A stretch of 63,817 bases of DNA, counting the filler, from Stramenopiles sp. TOSAG23-3 (lineage: Eukaryota), in assembly GCA_900128585.1 (NCBI GenBank). It is 10 parts of 10 records of this genome, joined end to end, with 100 filler letters (N's around TTAATTAATTAA, not from the genome) between each part and the next. Parts side by side here need not be neighbours in the genome. Positions count along the whole stretch, not along the records: positions 6,418 to 12,728 come from LT643342.1; positions 12,829 to 19,137 come from LT643343.1; positions 19,238 to 25,534 come from LT643344.1; 7 more parts are not named here. One strand, written 5' to 3'. Position numbers and translations under genes: made by a program. Position 1 is the stretch's first letter. Each line of letters begins with the position of its first letter. The notes under the pieces are model-generated. The model had not been told where the DNA came from, searched no databases, and saw nothing but the letters and a program-made list of their open reading frames with translations. Of the stretch, positions 10,602 through 22,019 are shown one piece after another.

Positions 10602-11463
10602 CTTCCTATGCCACGGGCGAGACTAAGTTATGTATCCCAAATTTTTTTTAAAAATGTACAATCTTCCGCCAACCTTGATTACATTTATGGCGATAGACAG
10701 ACTAGGTACCATGAGATTTAAAAAAGAAGGTGAAAGTGTATTGATTCAGCTTATCACAACCAAACCGATCGTTGATTAACAACTACGATTATACGTACAG
10801 GATTACTCAATATTGATCAACAACAATCATCCACATCAATTCATCAATAAAAAACAGCTTTTTAGAAAATAAAAGCTCACAATACAACTTTTATACTTAT
10901 AAAATGGTTCGGTATTCCCTATAAATGCGTTTTCAGAAAACTCGGACACTACACACCACTAAAAAAAAAAAAGTAAAAATCCGAAAAAAAAGCGATTGTA
11001 TTTCTTTCTTGTTGCACTTTTAATGCTGTATTAGTGTAATTATTGTTAATGCTGTTATAGTGTAATTATTGTTCTGTATAAAAATATTTTTATTATTGTG
11101 TTGTGTGCGAATTAATAAACTAATAAATAATTATATATTGAATGAGGGAATGTGGGAAGAATGTGATGTGGTGGGTGTGGTGAGAGTGTGATCTTCTTTT
11201 TTGAAGAAGAAAGAATGATAATATGATGATGATGAAGAAGATCGACGATGTGATTAGAATAATAGAAAATAATACCGGTAGTATGTATTCTCAAGTAGAG
11301 AAAAGTAATTAAGTTTTCAGATTGTTATCACGCACATATATATATCTTAAAAGGAACGATGTGATTCATTATCACGAACAAAGAACGTTAAGCCTTACAT
11401 AGAGAAAACCATCATACACTCGAAGACTATTGTTAATAATATACACACCACGCACAATTCAAA

Positions 11464-12240
11464 ATGGCATCGGCAGAGGGAGGGGGAAAGGTGGTGGACA
11501 ACACGGAAGGAGAACAGGAGCGCGTGTGCTGGCTTCCGTTAGAAAGCAACCCAGCAATGCTTAACGAATTTGCCAGGCGTGTCGGTATGCCAGAAAAGTA
11601 CTCGTTCAACGACGTGTGGGGTTTGGATGACGGGTTGACGGCGATGCTTCCGCGCCCATGCTTCGCGTTGACGCTGCTGTTCAAACCGAGCGACAAGATA
11701 GGAGCTTTCAAGCGAGAGCAGCGCGAGAAAATCGAGCAAGGCACAGAGGCGAACAAGATGCCAGAAGGGGACAAACTCTTTTTCATGAAACAGTACGTCG
11801 GAAACGCGTGCGGCACGATAGCAACCATTCATGCGATCGCCAACGCCGACCCTATAAGAGGGTCGCTACCAACCGACTCTTCGCTGGCAAAGTTTTTCGG
11901 CGAATGCGAGGGCAAAAGTGCAGAGGACTGCGGGGACATTTTGGGCAGAGCCAAATACTTGCACGAGGTGAGCGAGTCGTCTGCGTCCAACACAGAAACG
12001 GGGCAAACGGAAGCACCTGCGGTGGGGGATTCGGTTGACTGCCATTTTATTGCATTTGTACAACGCGACGGGTGCGTGTTCGAGCTGGATGGGGGGAAAG
12101 CCTTTCCCATCAACCACGGCCCTATCGAAAACGATTTCGTCCAGTCGGCCGCACAAGCAATCCAGCAGAAGTTCATGCAGGTCGACCCGGACTCCATCCA
12201 CTGGAACATCATGGCTTTGTGCGAGGGCACGATGGGTTAA
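11464..12240 (+). CDS. UCHL3: Ubiquitin C-terminal hydrolase (peptidase C12, UCH-L1/L3 type)
   Basis: WLPLESNP, QYVGNACGT (Cys), CHFIAFV (His), ELDG (Asp). Confidence 0.93.
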   Translation: MASAEGGGKVVDNTEGEQERVCWLPLESNPAMLNEFARRVGMPEKYSFNDVWGLDDGLTAMLPRPCFALTLLFKPSDKIGAFKREQREKIEQGTEANKMPEGDKLFFMKQYVGNACGTIATIHAIANADPIRGSLPTDSSLAKFFGECEGKSAEDCGDILGRAKYLHEVSESSASNTETGQTEAPAVGDSVDCHFIAFVQRDGCVFELDGGKAFPINHGPIENDFVQSAAQAIQQKFMQVDPDSIHWNIMALCEGTMG

Positions 12241-13106
12241 AAAGGGCAATAATATATATTAAACAGCGCGCCAAGCACGCACGATAGGGAAACCTTAGAA
12301 AGTCTTTGTCGTGTTCAAATTTGTTCAAATGTGAATTGCTTTAAAATATGTGACAAATATACTGTATTACATCCAACACATTAACTTCCTGAGAGGATAC
12401 AAAAAAACAATCCTTTATTTCTACAATTTTGCATCAGTTTATCAAACAAAGATTGAGTTGAAAGACCTGTGTCTATCATCATATTTTTAGGAAACCATAA
12501 TCAATATGTGTACTCTTGTCACTTTCGTCTACTAAACTATCATTCTCTGGTGTACTCCATGCATGCTCCGAATGGGTATTTGGTTTTGCGACGATGTCAA
12601 AAAGACCCGTGGTCTTTATTTTTAAAAACAAGAAAAAAATTGGCTGTTACCTATTTAATAAGTAATTACATTTAGCTTCCTCATACCCTAATCCTAACTT
12701 GATTCTGTAATTTTGTTTCGTTGTTGGANNNNNNNNNNNNNNNNNNNNNNNNNNNNNNNNNNNNNNNNNNNNTTAATTAATTAANNNNNNNNNNNNNNNN
12801 NNNNNNNNNNNNNNNNNNNNNNNNNNNNTTAGAAGAAGAAGAAGAGGAGAGAGGAGAGACTGATGACGATGATTTATTTTTTTTTATATTATGATGATTA
12901 TTATTATTATTTTTTTATTATTATATTTTGGCATCGTCGTAAGTTGAAGAAGAAGGTGTTGGTTTTAATTATTATCGAATTAAAGAGAGGTTAAAAGAAA
13001 GGAGTTTACGTTCAAAAGTGAAAAGTAGGAAAATTTTACTTCTCTTTGACTCAGTAAACGTTAGACGTTGGGAGTGGTAGATACAAGGTTGAAAAAGGAA
13101 TACAAA

Positions 13107-14156
13107 ATGGCTTCACTTGCGAAAGTTTCCCGGGATGAGGCGTACGATCAAATGACCGTGGACGCCCTTACCTCCTTGAGGGAAAAGTTAAAGTTAACGC
13201 CGGCGGAAAAACATGGGGTGGTCCCCAGTCATCTAGAGCCGCCTGTCTGGGATGTACAGAAACAACAAGGAATATGCCCGCGCTCGGGAAAAGAGTATAA
13301 GCGAGAAAACCTAGACGTCTCGTCGCTCAGCCTTCTCCCAACGCACTTCCGCCTATTTCCTTCAAAGTTCTTGGGAACCCCAGCCCCGTTCAACTCGGAC
13401 TTCAACGGAACACTGTGCAGGTTTTTACGGGCGCGCGACTACGACGTGGACAAAGCGTACGAGATGGTCCAACAGGCGATTAAATCAAGGGAGCTGTTGA
13501 AATGCGACTCTATATTGAACGAACGGGATACCAACGAGATTATTTGGCAAAATGGCACACCGCACTACCACTATGGTCATGACAAGTTAGGCCGGCCGTT
13601 CTATATCGAGCTGTCTGGGAAAGTGCGCGTGGGAAAACTAATGCCTCCAGCTGGTGTCCTTGACAGGGACGACTTTAAAAAGCGGCATGTAATCCATATG
13701 GAGTATATGTGCCGTCGAATAGAACATGCATCGAAACGCTTTGGAGGGCATGTTTCGCAGTTGTCCCAGATTATGGATTTGGAAGGGTTGAGTTACTTCG
13801 GAGACTCTCGTGGCATGACTTTATTCAAGGACGCGCTTGAGATTGATCAAAATACATACCCAGAATACCTGGGTAACTTGTTTCTCATTAACGCCCCATT
13901 TATTTTTCGGGGCATGTGGACAATTATCAAGGGATGGATCGATCCCAAAACAGCAGCCAAGTTCGTTGTCCTTGGTTCCGACTACAAAGAGACGCTGCTG
14001 AAGTACATCGACATCGATCAGCTCCCGATTGAATATGGCGGGCGAAATCCGAGGAGTCTGCCTGTCGTCAACTTTGACAACGTACCGGGTACAAAACCAA
14101 AATCTTTCGACGAGGGGGCATTTGTAGAGGAACTCAAGAAGATGGGCGACGATTGA
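13107..14156 (+). CDS. Sec14/CRAL-TRIO lipid-transfer protein
   Basis: LCRFLRARDYDVDKA, GHDKLGRP, QNTYPEYLGNLFLINAP, LPIEYGG. Confidence 0.93.
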   Translation: MASLAKVSRDEAYDQMTVDALTSLREKLKLTPAEKHGVVPSHLEPPVWDVQKQQGICPRSGKEYKRENLDVSSLSLLPTHFRLFPSKFLGTPAPFNSDFNGTLCRFLRARDYDVDKAYEMVQQAIKSRELLKCDSILNERDTNEIIWQNGTPHYHYGHDKLGRPFYIELSGKVRVGKLMPPAGVLDRDDFKKRHVIHMEYMCRRIEHASKRFGGHVSQLSQIMDLEGLSYFGDSRGMTLFKDALEIDQNTYPEYLGNLFLINAPFIFRGMWTIIKGWIDPKTAAKFVVLGSDYKETLLKYIDIDQLPIEYGGRNPRSLPVVNFDNVPGTKPKSFDEGAFVEELKKMGDD

Positions 14157-14274
14157 GTGGTAGTGGCGCAAGTTTTATTTTTTCAGTTTTCGTATGTTTT
14201 GTTGATTCTTAAATTTACCTTTAAAATCTTAACTGTCCCATTATTTATATAGACGACTATTATTGGGGAGGGAG

Positions 14275-14431
14275 GAAGAAGAAGAAGAAGACGAAGAAGA
14301 AGAAGAAGAAGAAGAAGAAGAAGAAGAAAGAAGAAGAAGAAGAAGAAGAAGAAGAAGAAGAAGAAGAAGAAAGAAGAAGAAGAAGAAGAAGAAGAAGAAG
14401 AAGAAGAAGAAGAAGAAAGAAGAAAGAAGAA
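14275..14431. repeat. (GAA)n microsatellite
   Basis: Direct. Confidence 0.95.
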
Positions 14432-14539
14432 GGAAATAATACAATAAAATTAATAATAATATAGACACAGCATCATGGAGCGGAGAAGAGAAGATGCGAT
14501 TTTTTGAGAATTGATGATTGCTGAGAATTATTACGAACG

Positions 14540-14965
14540 AGTATCTTTGGCGCGGAATTGAAAAATGGCAAGGGGCTTTGTGATAACTATTTCAAACGAA
14601 GAGATCTTTGTGAAAAAAGAGTTTTTTAAATAAATTTAACGGGTCAAAGTTACTTTTACATATGAGAAAGTATCCACGTACGGTTCAATTTTCTAAAGCT
14701 TTCAAAAAAACACATGTTTGTCCGGGTAGTGTTTTGGTTAAATCGCGGAATTAACAAAAAATTATCCCTAGGAACCGAAATTCCAAGTCATTGGAGGGCG
14801 AACAATTTATAAACGTTCGTTGAAGCGCGCGCGTTGTGATCGGAACGATTGTCTGGTCTAAACTTATGTAATTAGGCGTCCTCTTACCTTTCATTTGTCA
14901 TTTTCTGCACGAACGCTTCCATACTTTGAAAATCGAGTCGGATTTTTATTCGCGCCAAGGACACT
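14540..14965 (+). mobile_element. Putative non-autonomous TIR element (MITE-like), about 426 bp
   Basis: Imperfect inverted ends AGTATCTTTGGCGCGGAATTGAAAAAT / ATTTTTATTCGCGCCAAGGACACT; diverged second copy at 57552-57839 (-). Confidence 0.65.
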
Positions 14966-15203
14966 AAACACTTTACAGAACAGGTGTCTACCAACGACCT
15001 TTACTTAAAAAAAAACAACGACGGTCGTCTTAAAATTATATTTTCGACGAGGATAAATTTACATAAGAATAGCATCAACACTCTGAATTATATAAATATC
15101 TTTAAATCGACATCTATTCGAAGAATACTTCTTAAAATAATTCGTAAAACTAAATGTTCCAACGCTCCTGCCAATTTACTAAGCCACACTCCATCCCGCG
15201 CAA

Positions 15204-18200
15204 CTACTGCACGGGGCAGGCCGCCTCTGCTACTTTCTTCGCGCCGTCGTGCAAAGCTTGACCAAAATTTCCAAGAAGCCCGTTTGGAACTATTGTTTGG
15301 TTGATACTCTTTCCCTCTACTCTGCGCCGGCCCGAACCCCTCTTCCCTGCGCCCCCGGCAAGTGCGGAAAGCTCGAACGCGGTGTCGGATTCTATGGACA
15401 ACTTGAAGCTACCTTCATCGGTCTCAGTGTTTCCATCCTGGCGCTTGTCCGCCCAGCAGGGAATGACGGCTGCAGACTGAGACTACTCTTGCGTGATGAT
15501 TTCGGGCGCGACTGCTGAATTACCATGTCGTCCAAATCCGTCAACCGTTTCCCATTTCCTGGAGCCATGCAGACCAGAAGGTTCAGTTCGTGCTGCCCGT
15601 AGGATTGTTTGTGATCTTCTGCGTATAGCGCTTCAGGGATCACCAGTTCCAACTCGACCTCTTTCATTTTCTTCCCTTCGAAACGGACCAAGTACTGGGG
15701 GTTGTCCGCCGAGTGTCCCCCGGCGTAGGGGCAGCTCCAGTACCCTTTCACCATGTCTCGGCAGGACGTTGCTGCCCCGTCGTCGTCGTCCTCACGTTCC
15801 TCCTCGTCGGGGAGTTCTCCCAGGTAGAGCTTGTCGTAATGGGTCAGAAAGTCGCGGTAGGCGATGTAAAACGCACCGTCGTCTGCGTCCACGTACGAGG
15901 ACACTGCCCGCTTCATCTCGTCCGTCCAGTTGGCTTCGTCCGTATCGCACCAGTCCCCCTTCCATTCCGAGTGGCCCCACGTGTTTCGTATGCGAAGCAG
16001 TTGGTGCCCCTTCACGTCCTCGACCCCCACAATTGTGTACGCGTGAAAACAGACGAGGCCCAGCTTGAACGCCTCCCTGCTCTTTCGCGTCGAGCACTCC
16101 AGAACCCCCCGGTGGCCGACGGTTTTCTTGATTCGTTTCCAAAGGTCATCGGGGTCTTCCTCCCCCGTCATTACTTTCTTTACGCTCGCCTTGGTCAAAC
16201 ACCGAATCACAGGCCCAATCTTCAAGCACTGCTTGCAGTGCCCTGCCATCAACTGATAGCAAGAATGAAGCTTCGCAAAGACTTTCTCCAGAAGTAGAGG
16301 CCAGCACTCGTTTGGGTCCCGACTCCGGGCAAAGTACGGCATAAAGTCTTTGTCCACCGGCACGTAATCGTCCACGACTACCCAACGGTCTTCCTCGGCC
16401 CGAAAGTCGTATATTTTGACGGCAAATGCCCCACGAGTAAATTTGTACGAGAGGACTTTGCTGAAGGAGCGCTTCAGGGTGTTGGGCCGCATCCATGATA
16501 TTGCTGCCAGGGCTGCACAAAACCAGCAGTTCCCCAATTCCCCTTGAATCACATCATCCGGGTCTAGCCCGTCCTTGAACAGTGAGGGGCTGTCGCAGAT
16601 GTCGGAAAGCCGGGCCCATTGGCAAGATGGGAGTTGCACGTCTGACGGGTCCTTGTTGACGGAGGCATTGTCTGGGGCAAAGTCGGCGTCTATGAATTTG
16701 GTGCTCTCCCCGTCCTCCGCGCACATCGCCTCTATCTCTGGCAGCGGGTCCGCGGAGAGGGTGCGCGAGTCCCAGAGCAAATACTTTCCAGGCCCATGGG
16801 CGCCTGGCTTCGTAGATGCGCTCCGGCGCAAATTCTCTATCACTGTCTCGCACGAAATTTGGTGAGAGTGTTTTGGCTTCTGTGGCTTGAACTGGGGCAA
16901 AAGGTTTGTCGTCATTTTTGCCGTGGACATGAACGTCACCGCGAACGCGCCCTCTCGCCATTCCGAATCGTCGATCCCACGGTCGTCGTCCCCCTGGTCT
17001 TCGGGCAGTATGCACGGAACAATGAAATACCGGCGTCCCTCAGTCAGTCGCGCAGTGATGGTGAGAGAATCTCCGTCGAGGTAACCCTCTTGCTCGGCCA
17101 CCAAGTCTTTCTTCGGAAAGGTTCGTTTTCTCGAACGCCCGTCGCCATTCTGCGGTTTGTCGTCGTTTTCAGCATAAATGAAAACAAACAGGGCCGCGCC
17201 TTTAATAGTTCGCCTTTCCGTGCACTTTACACCAACAATGACGCTGGTCGTTTTCGATACGCTGCACTCTATCTGCGGCGATTGGATGTTGGGAGCATTC
17301 ACTGTAGGGTCCGATTTGTCCGCGAACAGGTGCATCGGTGCCGCGGACCGTTTCTTCCATTCGCCTTCGACCGTTGCGCTGTGGGTCAGGTCGCTCAGCA
17401 TTTTCAAGTGTGGCTCGGCGTCCCCGTTTGTGTTTTCCACGGAAATCGTGAAGTCGCACGCATTTCCTGGGACTTCCAAGCAGGGTAGAATCATATACTG
17501 GCGCTGCCTCCCTCTTGCCTTTCCCCCTTTCAAGGACAAGATCAAGGACGTATGCGTCTTTCGGCACGCCTTGCTCTTGTACTTTTTGCCCGGTCGCCGC
17601 CCCTCCAGTTCATCGCTCGGGTCCCCGAGGTACAGTCTCTTGCCTTCGTTGTTTTCGTACACGAAGAACACAATGCCGCACTTTCTAAGTTTCTTCTTTA
17701 CCGTCAGCGTAATTTTGACTCGATGAACCCCACTCTCTTTAAACCATACGAGGGCCTGGGGGTTTGCAAGGCTCCCACCGCCCTGGCAACCCCCGGATTG
17801 ATGCTTCGTCCACGCGCCATCAACCTCCACGTTTGGTGGGTTTCCCCCCTCGTCCGCCAAGCCTACGCCAAACAAACTCTTCATCGGGTCGTCTCGGTAC
17901 GCGGCGGTGTTCTCCTCGGACGAGGCAGCCGGGTCCTCCCTTTCCTCGTGAAACTCGCACTCCTCCACCACGACTCTTTCTCTCAGCTTTTTCGGGCCCC
18001 GCTGGTTCACTTTGTGGTGGGCTAGCAGCATATCGTGCTGCCAGCTGGACCCGCCCTGTTTCACCCCGCCATCGAGGTGGACTCCTTTTAGCTGCTGTCG
18101 AGGGGGGGGAGAAGCCGCATTTGCAATGGCAGCTGCTTTCGCTTCGGCAAGTTTTCGTCGCTCTCGAAGCGCTTTTAGGCGCCTGGCTTGACTTGCTGGC

Positions 18201-18799
18201 GGAGCCGAGCCGCGGTCAATGACAACCGTTCGACCAAGCCACTTCCACACCTCGTCGTTTTCGCCCGGGACCATCTCGGTTTGGTCCCTCTCCAGGCGGA
18301 CCCACGGTTCTGCCCGGTTCGGGGAAGAGGGCGCAGTCCGTCCGCTCTTTGGCTTCGTCATGAGCGAGGACTTTTCGAACTCTTCGAGGGGGTTGCCTAT
18401 CTGAATCCCAGAGGGTGTCGCCGGCGGAGGGGCGTTTTCTTTTCCCGAGGGGGAAGGGTCTCCCAGTTCCTTCCCTTCGCCCTTCCCTTCCGTCTTGTCT
18501 TCCTCGGAAACAGAAAGCTCGACTAACTGTTCCAGCTTGGACACCTCCTCTTTGGACTGCTTCAGCTCCTCCTCTAACTTGGTGACTTTTTCGGTCAGAC
18601 GAACAATAACTGTCTCTCTGCCCGCACTGGCATGCCGTTCCGAATGCAAATCCTTCTGCAAGTAAAATATCTGCTGGCGAAGGTCAGCAAAGATTCCAGT
18701 CGTATCGGACTGAAGGTAATACCGCCCAATGGTCGCCGGACCACCTTGCTGCACCCCGCGACCTTCATACTCTCCACGTCGTATTAAAGAAGAGAACAT
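15204..18799 (-). CDS. Calpain (CysPc) with N-terminal coiled coil, two N-terminal and one C-terminal domain-III (C2-like) repeats; frame break near 15468-15482
   Basis: Catalytic QGELGNCWF, FHAYT, RIRNTWG; domain-III-type G.W...NPQ/SPQ starts. Confidence 0.9.
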
Positions 18800-20329
18800 T
18801 TCTTATCTCAACTAACGTTTCCGTTGACGAGAGGAAGAAGAAAAGAATGGAAGAACAACTTTAATTGCTTGTTTTAAAAACCTTTCAAATCCATCTCGTC
18901 ACCACAATTACTTGTTTATAGCATTTCACAATCGTTTTTTGTCGCATGGGAAATGTAAGTATGTCATATACATCATGGTAGTAGAGAAGAAGAAGGAAGA
19001 AGAAGAAGAAAAAAAATGATTAAGTCAAACAAAGAAGAAGAAGAAGATGTCGTCGATAAAAAAATATAACGGCAAATTCTATGCTGTGTAATGTATAATA
19101 AATATATAGTGTTTTTCAATTTCAACAAAAAAAAAAANNNNNNNNNNNNNNNNNNNNNNNNNNNNNNNNNNNNNNNNNNNNTTAATTAATTAANNNNNNN
19201 NNNNNNNNNNNNNNNNNNNNNNNNNNNNNNNNNNNNNTACGAAGAAGAAGTATAATATGTTGTTGATATTTACTACTTGTACATAAGAACACCATTATTA
19301 TTCAACTAAAACAAAAAAACGCGCGAAACAAAAAACAAAAAAAACACTTCTTCTTCGTTCCTTCCAAATAAATTTTTTAAAATGACCTTTAGCTTACTTT
19401 GAACCTTTCTTCTACCTACCAACTACCGTAGTATTTTATTATAATTTTATCGTAAAGAACAACTAAAAATGGATTTGTTATTATTAGTTGCAATTAGTGG
19501 GTCTTTCAAAAAAATAATTTCAACCCTTTTATTCAATGTATTATAAATTGAATGTAAAACTCTTCCTTTTTCTCATCCGGGGAAGATTCCCTTTGTTATT
19601 TATATGCTATTTGTTATTTTCCTCTGTTTATATAATTAACTGTGTTTCCATGTTAAACCCTATATTAAACAATGATCTATCAACGCCCATTAGAATTCAT
19701 GAAGTACAATACGAGTTATGTATTGATATGTATAAACAAGTATAATGTTGATAGGCGAGTGTAATGGATATATTATGTAAAATACATATTTGCCGTTACA
19801 TTTTTTTAAGAAGAAGTCGTATAAACTAAAAAAAGAAGAACGAGACAAAGAGACACTGTCGGTCGTCTGCATCTTGTACACTGTAGAATGCTGTAGTATA
19901 CGTAAGGCTCAATTGCTTTTTTTTATTATTTTTTATTTTATTTTTGTGCGAAGAATAATGAATAATATAAATACAGTGTCCATTAATAATCATCATCAAA
20001 AAAAAATGTATTATTTTTTTATTATTTATTATTTATCGCTAATTAGTACCGTGTGTAATGCTGTGTACCCGTAATAAAAAAAGAAGAAAATGTGATTTTT
20101 TTATATATTATTATTATATTATTGATTGATTGATCATCGACACACATATAAAGAGTGTTGATTTTGGCAAGCAAACACGGAGATAAAAGTAGACATCTTG
20201 AATGATAGTGGATAATTAATTGAATTAGACCATTAATTGAACTGACCACTGCCGGTCGTGTTTAGAAACATTTTCAATCTTCGTGGACGGAAAAACTTGC
20301 GAACTGTGACAAACGTTCAAATTCCGCCA

Positions 20330-21940
20330 ATGAGCCTTCCCGGAATTTTAGAATGGGGCCCGGCGCTTCCCACTACTAAAATCAACGATGTGGATGGGCC
20401 CGGCAGAAAACAAACTTCGTCCGGGGTGCAAGTTAGGTTATCTTTTAAGTACCACTCTGCCCAGTACGTCAGGCGCAAAGTGTCAAATGCCGATGATTAC
20501 ATGGAGGAGGAAAGTATTCTCGAAAGTATTGGTACCGTCCAAGAAACAAAAGAACCCCTAAGGCGGCCAGCTCGCACGTTGGCCAACCTTAAACTAGCCT
20601 TGCTGAACGTGTACAAAACTAAATCTACATTGTTTATCGACCAGCGTGGCCCTCGCCATTTGCCCAAGAGCAGTTCAGAGAGGGTCCGGCGGTGCCACCG
20701 TAACCCACGACCGATTCGAAAGCCTAATATCGTGGCTGCAGCGCCTGGCAACGCTCGCAATTATCTTAGCAATGTGGGGAGGATGGAGAGGGACAAAGAT
20801 AACACCCTTGAGGCGTACGGCACGTCAAAGCTGATCCATGCCCCGTTCTTTAGCATCCATATTGCGCTGGACGGGAAGGCTAAGGAGCTGGGTAGTTCTC
20901 AATCAGCGGCTACTTTAGGACATGTCTGCGTCGTAAAGAACAATAGTTCTCAAGCAGTCATCACCATAATTCCAGAAAATAACAAAATTGGCGCCGTTGT
21001 GACAATGGACACGACGAGCCGTGCCCCTGATAGTTCCTTCGCAACAATAACCTTTGACCCCTGCGTGTTCTCTGTACTTTCCCACATGCTCGAAAGCATG
21101 CGAAAGTTTCTTGACGCAATTGTTCTGAGCGATATGGTTTGTCCAAAACTTACCCCCGACACTCGCAAAGAAAACAACTCTTTGTTGTTAAGTCGAACAC
21201 TCCGTGAAGCTTCACGGCGGTCGGAACGGGTTAAACCCGCCGATAAGCAACATAAAGCGGTGGTAATGGACGGCTCTCGCGAGAGAAAGAACAGCCGTGC
21301 GGAGAAATTCGAATCAAAGGGGTCCACTGACAAACCCGCAAAAAAAATGATGAAGAAGAGAAGGAAAATCGATAAAAGTAAGAAACCTGAGCCCATCTTA
21401 CAAATTAACACAACACTAGACGCGGTGGACTATTTTGCTGCATATGCCAACGCATATAATGAAAGGTACAGTAAAGCGTCCAGGCTTCGGCCGAAAAGGC
21501 GAAAGGTGGTGGAAGAAGACGTATGCTTCATGTGCAAAGATGGTGGAGACCTTGTGGGGTGCGATTGTACACCGGCATTTCGCACAAAAATTAAACCGAG
21601 AGACAAACAGTTGGTCTGTCAAAAGTTGTACCACCAGGAATGTTTGGGTTTTTCCATCCCAAAACACGAGATGCATTGGACGTGCCCGCGACACTTTTGT
21701 ACCCAGTGTGGCAATTATGGGAAATATTTGTGCTTGTACTGCCCTATTAGTTTTTGCAAATCTTGCACAAGCAAAGTAAACAAACTCGAACACCTATACA
21801 TAGACGCGTGGGATCAAGGGCGGAAGTATACTGGAGCGCGAAGCTATGTGATATGTTCGAACTGCACAAGACTAGAAAAGACTGCTCTGCAACGGGGGAT
21901 CATAAAAACGAAAGTGCGACGTCGCATTTCAAATAATTAG
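20330..21940 (+). CDS. Nuclear protein with C-terminal PHD finger plus Cys/His-rich (NSD C5HCH/NERD-like) module
   Basis: EDVCFMCKDGGDLVGCD...KLYHQECL...WTCPRHFCTQC...LCLYCPISFCKSC; basic NLS-like stretches. Confidence 0.82.
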   Translation: MSLPGILEWGPALPTTKINDVDGPGRKQTSSGVQVRLSFKYHSAQYVRRKVSNADDYMEEESILESIGTVQETKEPLRRPARTLANLKLALLNVYKTKSTLFIDQRGPRHLPKSSSERVRRCHRNPRPIRKPNIVAAAPGNARNYLSNVGRMERDKDNTLEAYGTSKLIHAPFFSIHIALDGKAKELGSSQSAATLGHVCVVKNNSSQAVITIIPENNKIGAVVTMDTTSRAPDSSFATITFDPCVFSVLSHMLESMRKFLDAIVLSDMVCPKLTPDTRKENNSLLLSRTLREASRRSERVKPADKQHKAVVMDGSRERKNSRAEKFESKGSTDKPAKKMMKKRRKIDKSKKPEPILQINTTLDAVDYFAAYANAYNERYSKASRLRPKRRKVVEEDVCFMCKDGGDLVGCDCTPAFRTKIKPRDKQLVCQKLYHQECLGFSIPKHEMHWTCPRHFCTQCGNYGKYLCLYCPISFCKSCTSKVNKLEHLYIDAWDQGRKYTGARSYVICSNCTRLEKTALQRGIIKTKVRRRISNN

Positions 21941-22019
21941 ACGAAAGCAAATGAAAGAGCAACACAAGAGAAAATGGACCCCCTTGTTAAAGCCAGAGCG
22001 AGAGACGCATTTTTTTAAT

